Assembly (NCBI GenBank): GCA_017461865.1
Contig: JAFTVQ010000085.1
Span: 6,537 to 70,536, forward strand
From: Lachnospiraceae bacterium
Lineage (GTDB): Bacteria; Bacillota; Clostridia; Lachnospirales; Lachnospiraceae
DNA length: 64,000 bases
Direction of reading: 5' to 3'
Positions 34,187 through 44,519 of this stretch are shown in pieces. Each line of letters starts with the position of its first letter. Position 1 is the first letter of the stretch. The translations under genes and the position numbers were made by a program. The notes under the pieces are model-generated. The model did no database searches. It saw only the letters and a list, made by a program, of their open reading frames with translations, and was not told where the DNA came from.

Positions 34187-36268
34187 TTATAACAATGCAT
34201 TGGTATCCAGGATAAGAGCGATCTCGCCATCACCGAGGATTGTAGCGCCACTGATAATCTTAGATTTATTGATGTATTTACCAAGCGACTTAATAACGAT
34301 TTCCTGCTGTCCCATCAGTTCATCAACAACGAGACCTGCCAGTTTATCTCCTTTCTTAACAATGATAACAAGGAGATTTTCGTCCGGAGACTTGGTAGAT
34401 TCAATATCTAGAACTTCGTTTAAGCGAATAAGAGGAATGACTGTTCCGCGGAGATTGATCACTTCCTTAGCCTGTACATGCTCGATTTCGCTCGGATCAA
34501 TATCTTCCAGAGTCTGGATAGAACCGAGAGAAATCGCATACTTCTCACCGCCGACTTCTACCATGAGAGCCTGGATGATTGCCAAAGTAAGCGGAAGACG
34601 GATAATAAACGTACTTCCCTCTCCAAGCTTGGTTCTTACATCCACTTCACCGCTGAGTGATTCAATCTTCGACTTAACAACATCAAGACCGACACCTCGT
34701 CCGGAAACATCCGTAACCTGTTTTGCCGTAGAGAAACTCGGCAGGAACAAAAGACCGATAATATCTTTGTCCGACATATTTTCTGCCTGCTCAGCCGTGA
34801 TGGCACCACGGGCAATTGCTTTCGCCTTGACAGCTTCCACATCAATACCGTTACCGTCATCTCTAACTTCAATGATAACGTTGTTACCTTCCTGATATGC
34901 ATCAAGGAAGATGGATCCCATTTCCGGTTTTCCTCTCTCCTTACGCACCTGAGAAGACTCAAGTCCGTGATCGGCCGAATTACGAAGCAAGTGCATCAAC
35001 GGATCTCCGATTTCATCTACCACCGTACGGTCAAGTTCTGTCTCTTCACCTGACATATAAAGTGTCATCTTCTTATCTAATTTCTTTGAAAGATCACGAA
35101 TCATCTTAGGGAATTTCTGTACTACGGATTCAATCGGAACCATTCGCACTTTCATAACCGATTCATGCAGATTGGTCGTAACACTTTCAAGGTATTCAAT
35201 CTGTTCATTAAAGGTAGTATCGGTAAGCATTCCCTCCTGTGAAGATGTGGACACCAGAGAGTTCTTTGCAATAATAAGCTCGCTGACAAGATTCATGAGA
35301 GAATCCAGTTTTTCAATATCGACACGGACAGTACGATTCACAATCGGTTTTCCGGCCGGTTTCTTATCCTGCTTTGCCACGCCGCCCTGTGCACTGTTGT
35401 CCGCTTTTGCAGTTTCTTCTACCTGTGCAACCTGAACCTCAGCTTTTGCTTCAGGAACTTTCACTTCCACTTCACCCACATAAGCAGCCTCGATTTCCGA
35501 CACATCAAGAACAGCCTTCTTTACAGACTCCGCATCTGCTTCCGTAATTATAATCATACTAAAATCAAATTCAAAACGCTCATCCTCGATATCCTGAGCA
35601 GAAGGAACAGAAACAATAATCTCTCCGATTTCCTCCAAAGCCTTAAATACAAGGAATGCACGAGCTGCTTTCAAAATACAGCTTTCCTGTACATAAACAG
35701 AAACCCCGTAACATTTCTTTCCCTGCTTTACCGCCTCGCCGAGAACCGCATTCTCTGTATCACCGAGTTTAATATCGCGCCATTTCTCTTTTGACGGATC
35801 CGCACTCTGGGACGCCGTCACTTCCGCTGCCGGTGCCGTTTCAGGAGCCGCTGCCGGTGTTGAGGCCGCCGGTGCACCGGAACCGCCGTTTGCAAGATAA
35901 TCATTCAACGCCTTAATCAAATGCTCGTTATCGTTGGTTCCTTCCTCTGTTGTATTCTGAATATTTTCGGTATATTCTTCCAAAGCATCCAGAACCTGGA
36001 ACAACAGGTCCACCATGGCGCTGTCGACTTTAATCGTATTGTTGCGCACTTCGGAGAACACATTCTCCATGTCATGCGTCAAAGCCTGCAGACGTTTATA
36101 TCCCATAGTGCCCGCCATACCTTTCAGGGTATGGGCAGAACGGAAAATCTCATTGATTGTGTCCATGTTGTCCGGCTCCTGCTCCAGAATCATGAACTGA
36201 TCACTCAGGCTCTGCAAATGTTCTTTTGTTTCGTCCAGGAAAATCTCCAGATATTGCGTTACATCCAT
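34187..36268 (-). CDS. cheA: chemotaxis histidine kinase CheA
   Basis: 693 aa. HPt motif FRSAHTLKGMAGTMG, HATPase motifs (HLLRNSADHGLE, DDGNGID, GRGVGLDVV), C-terminal CheW-like domain. Confidence 0.95.
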   Translation of the reverse strand: MDVTQYLEIFLDETKEHLQSLSDQFMILEQEPDNMDTINEIFRSAHTLKGMAGTMGYKRLQALTHDMENVFSEVRNNTIKVDSAMVDLLFQVLDALEEYTENIQNTTEEGTNDNEHLIKALNDYLANGGSGAPAASTPAAAPETAPAAEVTASQSADPSKEKWRDIKLGDTENAVLGEAVKQGKKCYGVSVYVQESCILKAARAFLVFKALEEIGEIIVSVPSAQDIEDERFEFDFSMIIITEADAESVKKAVLDVSEIEAAYVGEVEVKVPEAKAEVQVAQVEETAKADNSAQGGVAKQDKKPAGKPIVNRTVRVDIEKLDSLMNLVSELIIAKNSLVSTSSQEGMLTDTTFNEQIEYLESVTTNLHESVMKVRMVPIESVVQKFPKMIRDLSKKLDKKMTLYMSGEETELDRTVVDEIGDPLMHLLRNSADHGLESSQVRKERGKPEMGSIFLDAYQEGNNVIIEVRDDGNGIDVEAVKAKAIARGAITAEQAENMSDKDIIGLLFLPSFSTAKQVTDVSGRGVGLDVVKSKIESLSGEVDVRTKLGEGSTFIIRLPLTLAIIQALMVEVGGEKYAISLGSIQTLEDIDPSEIEHVQAKEVINLRGTVIPLIRLNEVLDIESTKSPDENLLVIIVKKGDKLAGLVVDELMGQQEIVIKSLGKYINKSKIISGATILGDGEIALILDTNALL

Positions 36269-36269
36269 A

Positions 36270-37331
36270 CTATTGTACCCCCGCGTTTAAAATAATAGCC
36301 GAAGCTATGTTGTCTAAAGGTTCGATCCGGTCTGCCATCCCTGTCGCCACTATGCTTCTCGGCATCCCGTATACTGCACAGGTGCTCTGTTCCTGTGCGA
36401 TAACATATATATCCTTCTGTTTTGATAAGTTCAGAATACCTTGTGTCCCGTCTGCTCCCATACCGGTGAGAACAACACAAATGATACTGTCATACTCCGA
36501 TGTTCCCAATGTTTCATACATAAAGTTTGCACACGGACGAACCCCTTCTCTTGTAGGGCCGTCCTTCAGAACCAAATAGTGTTTTCCTGCCCTTGTCGAA
36601 ACTTCCATATGCTTTCCGCCACGCGCAAGATACACATTTCCTTTCCGGATTTCCATACCGTCTTCGGCTTCCCGGACGGTCAGCGGACTAAGTTCATCCA
36701 ACCGCTGCGCCAGAGATGCCGTAAAACCTTCCGGCATATGTTGAACAATAAGAACCGGCGCATCCAAATCTGCAGGCAGATACGGAATCACTTCCTGTAA
36801 TGCCTTCGGACCTCCCGTAGAACTGGCAATGGCAACGATTTTTTGGGAATCCGCATCACTTAATGTCTTTTTTTCCTTTTTCGTCGATGCCGATTGTCCC
36901 GCCTGTTCCAGTCTTGCTTCATTCTGTTCCGCTGCACATTCCAGAATAGAAAGAAAACGTTCCATAAAGGACTCTGTCTTGGCTCCCATGATGGTACTCG
37001 GCTTATGTATAAAATCTACCGCTCCGAGTTCCAACGCCTTAATCGTGGTCGCCGCACCCTCCGAAGTCGCTGTACTGTACATTACGACCGTCGTCCGGAT
37101 ATCAAGCTCCCTAATCTGCATGAGAACACCGATTCCGTCCAATTTCGGCATAACCACATCCAGTATTACCACATCATACACATTTTGTTTTAATAATGCG
37201 ATTGCCTCAACGCCGTTTGCCGCCATATCCTGAACACAGAATCTGTCATCTAACGCTATTATATCACATACTATTCTTCTCATAAGTGCAGAGTCATCTA
37301 TAACTAATATTTTTTTCTTTTTAGAATCCAT
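36270..37331 (-). CDS. cheB: protein-glutamate methylesterase/deamidase CheB
   Basis: REC domain (KILVIDDSALMRR ... DVVMPKLDG) plus methylesterase domain (IASSTGGP, VQHMPEGFT, GMGADG). Start ATG 37331 overlaps the PilZ gene end by 11 nt. Confidence 0.93.
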   Translation of the reverse strand: MDSKKKKILVIDDSALMRRIVCDIIALDDRFCVQDMAANGVEAIALLKQNVYDVVILDVVMPKLDGIGVLMQIRELDIRTTVVMYSTATSEGAATTIKALELGAVDFIHKPSTIMGAKTESFMERFLSILECAAEQNEARLEQAGQSASTKKEKKTLSDADSQKIVAIASSTGGPKALQEVIPYLPADLDAPVLIVQHMPEGFTASLAQRLDELSPLTVREAEDGMEIRKGNVYLARGGKHMEVSTRAGKHYLVLKDGPTREGVRPCANFMYETLGTSEYDSIICVVLTGMGADGTQGILNLSKQKDIYVIAQEQSTCAVYGMPRSIVATGMADRIEPLDNIASAIILNAGVQ

Positions 37332-38043
37332 TTTTTCTCTGCCTATTCTTTCTTTCTTCTTCAAAAATATAACGGATGATTTCTTCTCTCTCCGTACTTT
37401 CCATGTTTAGGTACTGTAAACGGTGTTCATATTCGCCCGGTCTGTTGTCAATCTCCTTGGAAGCAAGAATTTTTCCCGCGATTTCATATTCCTTTTCCCT
37501 GCCGTTAATCTGAAGCTTGTAGGACAAATAAATAACAGTGTCTATTTCATATTTATAGTCTGAGACAAAGCGTACACCGCCACCACTGATATCTACAATC
37601 ACGCTCTTACGGAGCGGAAGACCCGGCTGAAAATAGAATTCATTTTTTTCAACCGCTTCAATCTCTTCCTCTTCCAGCTCACGGCTGTTCATGTTTAATA
37701 TACAGGAGAAGCGATAATATTCACGTCTTTGATGTTTCCTTAAATTGCTGGTCGGCTCACACAAAAGAATAAAATTATTATCACTCTTATAGCGGTCAAC
37801 AATCTTGACATAGCACTGATAAAGTCCCTGTCTGGTATAAAAACAAATGTCATATTCTCCGCCTACCGGAAGCAAAATAAGCTTCGTCTTCTCCATCGGC
37901 ATCAATATTTCAATCTGTTCGTCCGAAAGAACATCATACACTTTTGAAGCGTATGCTTTTTTGTCGGATACCGATCCTAAAATCGACCGCTCGACTGTCT
38001 GTAATTCAACCTTTTCCCCTGGTCTTACATATTTTGTTAGCAT
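37321..38043 (-). CDS. PilZ-domain c-di-GMP receptor, YcgR/MotI-like putative flagellar brake
   Basis: N-terminal YcgR-like beta-barrel region. PilZ motifs QRREYYR (RxxxR) and DISGGGVRF (DxSxxG). Start ATG 38043 sits 4 nt after GGAGGT. Confidence 0.8.
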   Translation of the reverse strand: MLTKYVRPGEKVELQTVERSILGSVSDKKAYASKVYDVLSDEQIEILMPMEKTKLILLPVGGEYDICFYTRQGLYQCYVKIVDRYKSDNNFILLCEPTSNLRKHQRREYYRFSCILNMNSRELEEEEIEAVEKNEFYFQPGLPLRKSVIVDISGGGVRFVSDYKYEIDTVIYLSYKLQINGREKEYEIAGKILASKEIDNRPGEYEHRLQYLNMESTEREEIIRYIFEEERKNRQRKNGF

Positions 38044-38064
38044 GTGACCTCCATACAATAAATA

Positions 38065-38967
38065 TTACTTGCTATTTTCTGTTCCCATAATTTTTTTATT
38101 TACGACAATATGTGAGAAAAATGCCGCCATTCCTCTCTTTTTAATACGTCCCGCTTCCTCACCGTACATCATAATGCGCGTAATCTCCTCAAAGGCACGG
38201 GAAGATTTGGCATTTTCATTTTGAAGGGATATCGGTTTCTGCTGCATAACCGCATTTGACAGCTGCATATCCTGCGGTATGGATCCGAGATAGCCGAGCG
38301 GCAACTTGAGGTATCTGGAAACAACCGCATTCAGTTTCTGATAGAGAACTCTTCCGTCCTGCGGATTGTCCACACGGTTTGCCAGGACTTTGATCTGTGT
38401 CATTTCACGACTGAAACGCGGATGTCTGTTTAAAGACTTTAACAGAGAATAAGAATCCGTAATCGAAGTCGGCTCCGGTGTCGTCACAAGAACAATCTCC
38501 CCGCTTGCCACAAGAAACTCCAATACTGCATCGGAAATCCCGGCTCCCGTATCTATTATAATAACATCCGCTATCGAATCTAACTTCGCCAAATTCTGAA
38601 TAATATAAGTCAAATACTCTTTATTCAGATTGGATAACCCTGCAATACCGGATCCGCCGGATATGAATCCGACACCTCCCGGTCCCCATGTGATAATTTC
38701 TGTAATATCTTTTCCCTGATATATTAAATCACACAAGTTATGTTTTGGCACTGTTCCAAACATAATCTCAATATTGGCAAGTCCGAAATCCGCATCCAAA
38801 ATGATAACTCTCTGTCCCAATTTCCGGAACTGGACAGCAAGATTAATGGAAACATTTGATTTTCCGACTCCGCCCTTTCCGCTGGTCACTGTTATCACCC
38901 TGGCAAGCGGTCTGCTTGAGGGATTTTTCATTTTTATTATATTTCTAAGCTGTTGCGCCTGATCCAC
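38065..38967 (-). CDS. flhG: MinD/ParA-type ATPase FlhG (YlxH)
   Basis: Deviant Walker A TSGKGGVGKS. N-terminal DQAQQLR matches the DQAxxLR FlhF-activator helix, which supports the GTG start at 38967. Confidence 0.9.
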   Translation of the reverse strand: MDQAQQLRNIIKMKNPSSRPLARVITVTSGKGGVGKSNVSINLAVQFRKLGQRVIILDADFGLANIEIMFGTVPKHNLCDLIYQGKDITEIITWGPGGVGFISGGSGIAGLSNLNKEYLTYIIQNLAKLDSIADVIIIDTGAGISDAVLEFLVASGEIVLVTTPEPTSITDSYSLLKSLNRHPRFSREMTQIKVLANRVDNPQDGRVLYQKLNAVVSRYLKLPLGYLGSIPQDMQLSNAVMQQKPISLQNENAKSSRAFEEITRIMMYGEEAGRIKKRGMAAFFSHIVVNKKIMGTENSK

Positions 38968-38994
38968 CCTTACACCATCCTTTCGGTCCCCTGA

Positions 38995-40245
38995 TTAAAG
39001 GCGACCTCCGCCGAGAAGAAGTTTTACTGTCTCCTGGGCGTTAAAATCAGCAATGTCGTCGGGAACATTCTGTCCGCATGTCACGTATGACATAGCCGCT
39101 CCCGTATATAATTTCAAATTCAAAAGATTACCGAGAGATGTCGTTTCATCTAATTTTGTAAAAATCAAATTGTAATCGGTAATCGCCCTATAAGAATCCG
39201 CAATACTGATCAAATCTCTGTATTTTGTCGTCGCACTGACTACAAGATATACTTCTTTCTCTACCGAAGCATCCAACACATCAATCATCGCTCTCATATT
39301 GTCATGAAGCTCTGTATTGTGATGGGAATGTCCTGCCGTGTCAACTAAAATGAAATCATAATCTTTGAAATCCGCAAGTGCTGTCTGTATTTCCGGAGCA
39401 GTGTAAATCACCCGGAAAGGCACTTCAAGAATACTGGCATATGTACGAAGCTGTTCCGCCGCTGCGATACGATACGTATCCGCCGTCAGCAACGCAATCT
39501 TTTTTTTCTGTTCCACAGAAAGTTTTGAAGCCAGTTTTGCTATCGTAGTCGTTTTTCCGACTCCGGTCGGACCGATAAAATAAACAATCTTCGGCCCCTT
39601 CTCCGCCGGGCTGATGGTACATGGTTTGCCGAATTTTAATACCATTTTCTGGTATACATTGGAAAGCATGAAATCAATCGGCATATTCGGTTTCATCGTC
39701 CGGTCCAGATCATCAATCAACTGATTGGCATATTTCTCATGAAGTTCATTCTCCATCATAATACTGTAGAGAAGTTTGAAAAATTCTATATTTTCATTTT
39801 TTTCGTCTGTCTGTTCTTCTTCTTTCTGTCCGATCTGCTTTTCCAGCATACTCTGCAGAGTATTGAGCTTTTCTTCAATTCCGCTCTCTTCTTTCTTTTC
39901 AACAGGCTTTTTGACAACCTCTTCCTGCTCTGCTGCGATGTGATCGGACTTGCTTACCTTCGGAGCAACAGCCGGCTCTTTCTTTTCTGATTTTTGCTGC
40001 TGTTTTTCCTGATTCTTTGCAATTTCACTGACTGCTGCCACCGCCGAGCGGAGATCTGCCGACTGATCAGCCGGTTCTTCCTCTAACGCCACAGTTACCT
40101 CAATCATTTGCGGTTTCAATATACTGAAGAGACCTTTCTTCTTCACCTGTCTGACATTCATCAGCACTACCGCGTTCCCCAGTTCTTTTTTCGCAACTGC
40201 CAGAGCTTCTTCTTCTGTCTTTCCCTGAAACTTCTTGATTATCAT
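38995..40245 (-). CDS. flhF: flagellar biosynthesis SRP-type GTPase FlhF
   Basis: 416 aa. Acidic/basic B-domain. NG domain motifs GPTGVGKTTT, DTAG and TKLDET. Confidence 0.92.
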   Translation of the reverse strand: MIIKKFQGKTEEEALAVAKKELGNAVVLMNVRQVKKKGLFSILKPQMIEVTVALEEEPADQSADLRSAVAAVSEIAKNQEKQQQKSEKKEPAVAPKVSKSDHIAAEQEEVVKKPVEKKEESGIEEKLNTLQSMLEKQIGQKEEEQTDEKNENIEFFKLLYSIMMENELHEKYANQLIDDLDRTMKPNMPIDFMLSNVYQKMVLKFGKPCTISPAEKGPKIVYFIGPTGVGKTTTIAKLASKLSVEQKKKIALLTADTYRIAAAEQLRTYASILEVPFRVIYTAPEIQTALADFKDYDFILVDTAGHSHHNTELHDNMRAMIDVLDASVEKEVYLVVSATTKYRDLISIADSYRAITDYNLIFTKLDETTSLGNLLNLKLYTGAAMSYVTCGQNVPDDIADFNAQETVKLLLGGGRL

Positions 40246-42279
40246 TTATGCACTCACCATCCCTACAGATTGCAATTCTACATTTGTTTCAACTTCATTA
40301 TACGATACTACGATCAAATCTTTAAAATAGTCCTCTGTCAACCGTTTAAAATACATACGAACAATCGGTGACGTGATAATAATCGGATTTTTTCCGAGAC
40401 TTTCCAACTTTTCTACTTCTGCCTGCACGGACGCCATAATCGCCTTCGTCCGGTCCGGGGCAAGTGTAAGGTAAGCCCCCTGTTCCGTCTGCTTGACGCT
40501 TCCCATGATTTCCTGCTCCACCTGCGGATCCAGCGTCACTACGCTGGTCGTCTCATTTGCCGGGAAATATCTCGCAGAGATAGCTCTCTTCAAACTCTGA
40601 CGTGCATATTCCGTCAAGATGTCGGTGTCACGGGTTGTCGGCGCATAATCAGCCATCGTCTCGAAAATTGTGAGCAGATCACGGATAGAAATACCCTCCT
40701 TAAGCAGATTCTGCAATACCTTCTGCACTTCGCCGAGGCCGAGCATCTTCGGAACAAGTTCCTCCACGATAGACGGGTTGCTCTCTTTTAAGTTGTCCAC
40801 CAAATTCTGAACATCCTGACGGCTGAGAAGTTCTGCGATATGACGGCGGATAATCTCAGTCAGATGTGTTGCAATGATGGACGGCGGGTCAACAACGGTA
40901 TACCCGAGACTTTCCGCACGTTCTCTCTGTCCTTCCGTAATCCAGACAGCCGGCAGATGGAAGGACGGTTCAAAAGTCTTAATACCCGTAATTTCTTCCT
41001 CTACATATCCCGGATTCATGGCCATGTAGTGATCAAACAAAATTTCACCTTCACTGACCTGAATGCCTTTTATCTTAATAATATACTGGTTTGGATTTAA
41101 CTGAATATTATCGCGCAGACGGATAATCGGCACAATCGTACCGAGCTCAAGCGCAATCTGCCTACGTATCATAACAACACGGTCAAGCAAGTCTCCGCCC
41201 TGATTAACATCCGCAAGCGGAATAATACCATAACCGAACTCCAGCTCGATAGGGTCCACCTGAAGGAGCGAAGTAACATTTTCCGGTTGGCGGATCTCCT
41301 CCACCGCCATTTCCTCTTCATTGGCTTCACTCTCAATCTGGGCAGTTTCAATGGTACTTGCCATCATACGGCCCACAACAATAAAAACAGCACCAACTGT
41401 CAGGAATATCAATGTATTCAGCGGTGTAATAATACCGAGACCGATAAGTACCGCCCCAACCAGATACATCGTCTTCGGCACACCGAACAGCTGCTTGATA
41501 AGCACCGAACCAAAGTCCGCATCTTTGCTTCCCTTTGTCACAAGAATACCTGTGGAAAGCGAAATCAAAAGAGACGGAATCTGGCTGACCAAACCATCAC
41601 CGATGGTAAGGACTGCATATTCTTCCAGTGCCGCTGTAATTTCCATATTCTGACGAAGCACGCCCATGAGAATACCGCCGATAATGTTAACCGCGGTGAT
41701 AATAAGACCCGCTGTGGCATCTCCTTTGACGTACTTCACCGCACCATCCATGGAACCAAAGAAGCTTGCTTCCTGCTGGATCTTGTCACGGCGCTCTTTT
41801 GCCTGTTTATCTGTAATGGCTCCGGTGTTCAAATCTGCATCGATGGCCATCTGTTTACCCGGCATAGCATCCAGGGTAAATCTGGCAGTAACTTCCGCCA
41901 CTCGCTCAGAACCCTTGTTGATTACCATAAACTGAATGATAATCAGGATGATAAATACAATTGCACCCATAATCAGGTCGTTACCACCCACGAATTCTCC
42001 GAAGGTGCGGACAACGTTACCCGGATCTCCCGTCGTCAGAATCAAACGTGTGGATGATACGTTCAGCGCAATCCGGAAGATGGTTGTAAACAGAAGTATG
42101 GTCGGATAATAGGACATATCCAGTGCTTCCCTGGCAAACATGGAACCAAACATAATGGCAAAAGCCACCGCCATGTTACAGGCCAAAAGCACATCCAGAA
42201 GTCCTGACGGAATCGGTACAATTAACATGATAAACGCCGCAAGGACATACGCCGCTACGCCGATATCTGCTTTTTTCAT
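40246..42279 (-). CDS. flhA: flagellar export apparatus protein FlhA
   Basis: 677 aa. Conserved TM region, FHIPEP motifs (DAMPGKQMAIDADL) and cytoplasmic C-terminal domain. Confidence 0.96.
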   Translation of the reverse strand: MKKADIGVAAYVLAAFIMLIVPIPSGLLDVLLACNMAVAFAIMFGSMFAREALDMSYYPTILLFTTIFRIALNVSSTRLILTTGDPGNVVRTFGEFVGGNDLIMGAIVFIILIIIQFMVINKGSERVAEVTARFTLDAMPGKQMAIDADLNTGAITDKQAKERRDKIQQEASFFGSMDGAVKYVKGDATAGLIITAVNIIGGILMGVLRQNMEITAALEEYAVLTIGDGLVSQIPSLLISLSTGILVTKGSKDADFGSVLIKQLFGVPKTMYLVGAVLIGLGIITPLNTLIFLTVGAVFIVVGRMMASTIETAQIESEANEEEMAVEEIRQPENVTSLLQVDPIELEFGYGIIPLADVNQGGDLLDRVVMIRRQIALELGTIVPIIRLRDNIQLNPNQYIIKIKGIQVSEGEILFDHYMAMNPGYVEEEITGIKTFEPSFHLPAVWITEGQRERAESLGYTVVDPPSIIATHLTEIIRRHIAELLSRQDVQNLVDNLKESNPSIVEELVPKMLGLGEVQKVLQNLLKEGISIRDLLTIFETMADYAPTTRDTDILTEYARQSLKRAISARYFPANETTSVVTLDPQVEQEIMGSVKQTEQGAYLTLAPDRTKAIMASVQAEVEKLESLGKNPIIITSPIVRMYFKRLTEDYFKDLIVVSYNEVETNVELQSVGMVSA

Positions 42280-42311
42280 TCCGTCACCTTCCTTCCGTCA
42301 AATTTTATCTT

Positions 42312-43421
42312 CTATATCTTTCCTTGGATATGGTATACCATTGCAAGCACTTCTGCCACCGTCTGATAGAGTTCCGGCGGAACCTGTTCCCCGATTTCCA
42401 CATTGTAGTAAAGCATACGTGCAAGCGGTTTGTTTTCAACAATTTCTACTTTATTTTCTCTTGCTACTTCCTTAATTTTAGCGGCCAGATGATCTTCACC
42501 TTTCGCCAACACAATCGGGGCCGGCGCCACATCAAGATCATATTGTATAGCAACTGCAAAATGAGTCGGGTTTGTGATAACCACGTCCGCTTTCGGAACA
42601 TTTTGCATCATACGTCTTCTGGACGATTCCTGCATACGCTGACGCTGTTTTCCTTTGACCGCCGGATCTCCTTCTGCATTCTTGTATTCATCTTTCACTT
42701 CCTGCTTGGTCATCTTCTGTTCTTCATGGAACTTATGCTTCTGATATGCGAAATCAAGCAGTGCAATAATAATATAAACAATGGATATTTTCAGCCCCAG
42801 ACTGATGGCGATATCTCCCGCCACGGCAATCCCCTGCCAAAGAGTCATATTAAACAACAGATATATGACTTCCATCTGATCACGCAATGTTGTGTATACC
42901 ACATAAATAATCAGACCGATCTTCAATATGGATTTCAGCAACTCTACCAAAGACTGCGAAGAAAACATCCTTTTAAATCCACTGATCGGATTCATCTTGC
43001 TGAATTTCGGTTTTAACGGCTTGGTTGTAATATGCCATTTCACCTGAATCAAATCCGCTAAAAAGGCCAGCACAAATCCAACTGCCAAAAAAGGTGCAAG
43101 CATCAATGTAATATGCAAAAGCACATGCCTCAAATATATCATCATGTCGCCGGTCCGGAATTCTCCGTTATGTAATTTGATAAATTCCGGAATCCGGTTA
43201 TAGCCGTCCGAAAACGCCTCGAGAAAATTTTCTCCCAAAAAACCGACGATGACATTCATCAATGCAAATATGCCGACCATGGTAAAAGCGTTGGCAATCT
43301 CCTTACTCTTGGCTACCTGTCCTTCATCCCTGGCATCCTTGAGCTTTTTGGCGGTAGGTTCCTCGGTTTTCTCTCCTCCGGGTCCTTCCTTAGCGAAGAA
43401 CTGAAGATCTAATTCCATCAT
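42312..43421 (-). CDS. flhB: flagellar export apparatus protein FlhB
   Basis: 369 aa. DLQFFA..EKTEEPT N-terminus and NPTH autocleavage site (VVITNPTHFAVA). Confidence 0.95.
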   Translation of the reverse strand: MMELDLQFFAKEGPGGEKTEEPTAKKLKDARDEGQVAKSKEIANAFTMVGIFALMNVIVGFLGENFLEAFSDGYNRIPEFIKLHNGEFRTGDMMIYLRHVLLHITLMLAPFLAVGFVLAFLADLIQVKWHITTKPLKPKFSKMNPISGFKRMFSSQSLVELLKSILKIGLIIYVVYTTLRDQMEVIYLLFNMTLWQGIAVAGDIAISLGLKISIVYIIIALLDFAYQKHKFHEEQKMTKQEVKDEYKNAEGDPAVKGKQRQRMQESSRRRMMQNVPKADVVITNPTHFAVAIQYDLDVAPAPIVLAKGEDHLAAKIKEVARENKVEIVENKPLARMLYYNVEIGEQVPPELYQTVAEVLAMVYHIQGKI

Positions 43422-44203
43422 GGCATTAAAGCCTCCACAAACGCAACAATCATAACTTTCATTTCCGTATAAATGAAATCACTGACATACGGCAACATTC
43501 CCGTTGTCAGAAACATAATACCCAATCCGAGAAGTATCTTGAGCTGCATTCCGACTGCAAACATATTCAGCTGCGGCGAAACCTTGGCAAGAATACCAAG
43601 TACAACATTTAATATCAGCGTGCAGCAAAAAATCGGAAGACAAATACGGAATCCGATATTTACATAGCTGCTCAAAAAAGAAATAACCGGCTCCAGCATC
43701 AAATCCGTTCGAAATACCGCCCCTGCCACAGGTATCAGCTCATACGTATCAACGATAGCCTGTATGAGATACCGATGCATTCCGGACACGACCAGCATGA
43801 GCATAACCATGTACTGGTAATAAAAACCGGAAATGGTAACATTTTCTTTCGTAGTCGGATCCATGGCATTTACCATGGCAAAACCGATCTCCATGTCCAC
43901 CATTCGTCCCGCAAAAAAAACAATAGAGCTGCATATATTGGCTCCCCAGCCAATCATCAGCCCGACAATCGCTTCCTTTAAAACAATCGTCGCATATTGC
44001 AGCACTGTAGTGTAAACCACCTGCTCATGCGGCATTGTTGTAAAATATACAAGATAAGAAAGAAATACACCAAGCGCAATTTTAAACTGTCCCGGTGTAC
44101 TGTCCATTCCATAAAACGGGGCTGCAAAAAGAAAACAGGTCATGCGGACAATGATCAAAAGAAATATTTCAAGTTCCTGTAATGAAAAACTGTATTCTAT
44201 CAT
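43418..44203 (-). CDS. fliR: flagellar export apparatus protein FliR
   Basis: 261-aa polytopic membrane protein in the fliP-fliQ-fliR-flhB order. ATGA overlap with flhB. Confidence 0.9.
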   Translation of the reverse strand: MIEYSFSLQELEIFLLIIVRMTCFLFAAPFYGMDSTPGQFKIALGVFLSYLVYFTTMPHEQVVYTTVLQYATIVLKEAIVGLMIGWGANICSSIVFFAGRMVDMEIGFAMVNAMDPTTKENVTISGFYYQYMVMLMLVVSGMHRYLIQAIVDTYELIPVAGAVFRTDLMLEPVISFLSSYVNIGFRICLPIFCCTLILNVVLGILAKVSPQLNMFAVGMQLKILLGLGIMFLTTGMLPYVSDFIYTEMKVMIVAFVEALMP

Positions 44204-44207
44204 ATTT

Positions 44208-44477
44208 CTACCTTATGTAAATCGCAAAATCAGACCACATTTCCGTCATAAGTGATGTCATATTATTTAACATCCAATGTCCGACCAGCATTAACGTTAC
44301 AAAAACCCCAAGAATTTTCGGAACAAACGTAAGTGTCTGTTCCTGAATGGATGTAACCGTCTGGAAAATACTGACAACCAGACCGATTACAAGTGATATA
44401 AGCAAAACAGGAGCCGACGTCAAAATAATGGTATACAATGCCTTGTTGGCAATTTCCATAACCATATCGATTGTCAT
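44208..44477 (-). CDS. fliQ: flagellar export apparatus protein FliQ
   Basis: 89 aa, 2 TM. Typical FliQ sequence (SIFQTVTSIQEQTLTFVPK). Confidence 0.92.
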   Translation of the reverse strand: MTIDMVMEIANKALYTIILTSAPVLLISLVIGLVVSIFQTVTSIQEQTLTFVPKILGVFVTLMLVGHWMLNNMTSLMTEMWSDFAIYIR

Positions 44478-44519
44478 CGTCTCACTCCTATCTTTCTGCT
44501 ATATACGCTGCCTAGGCAG

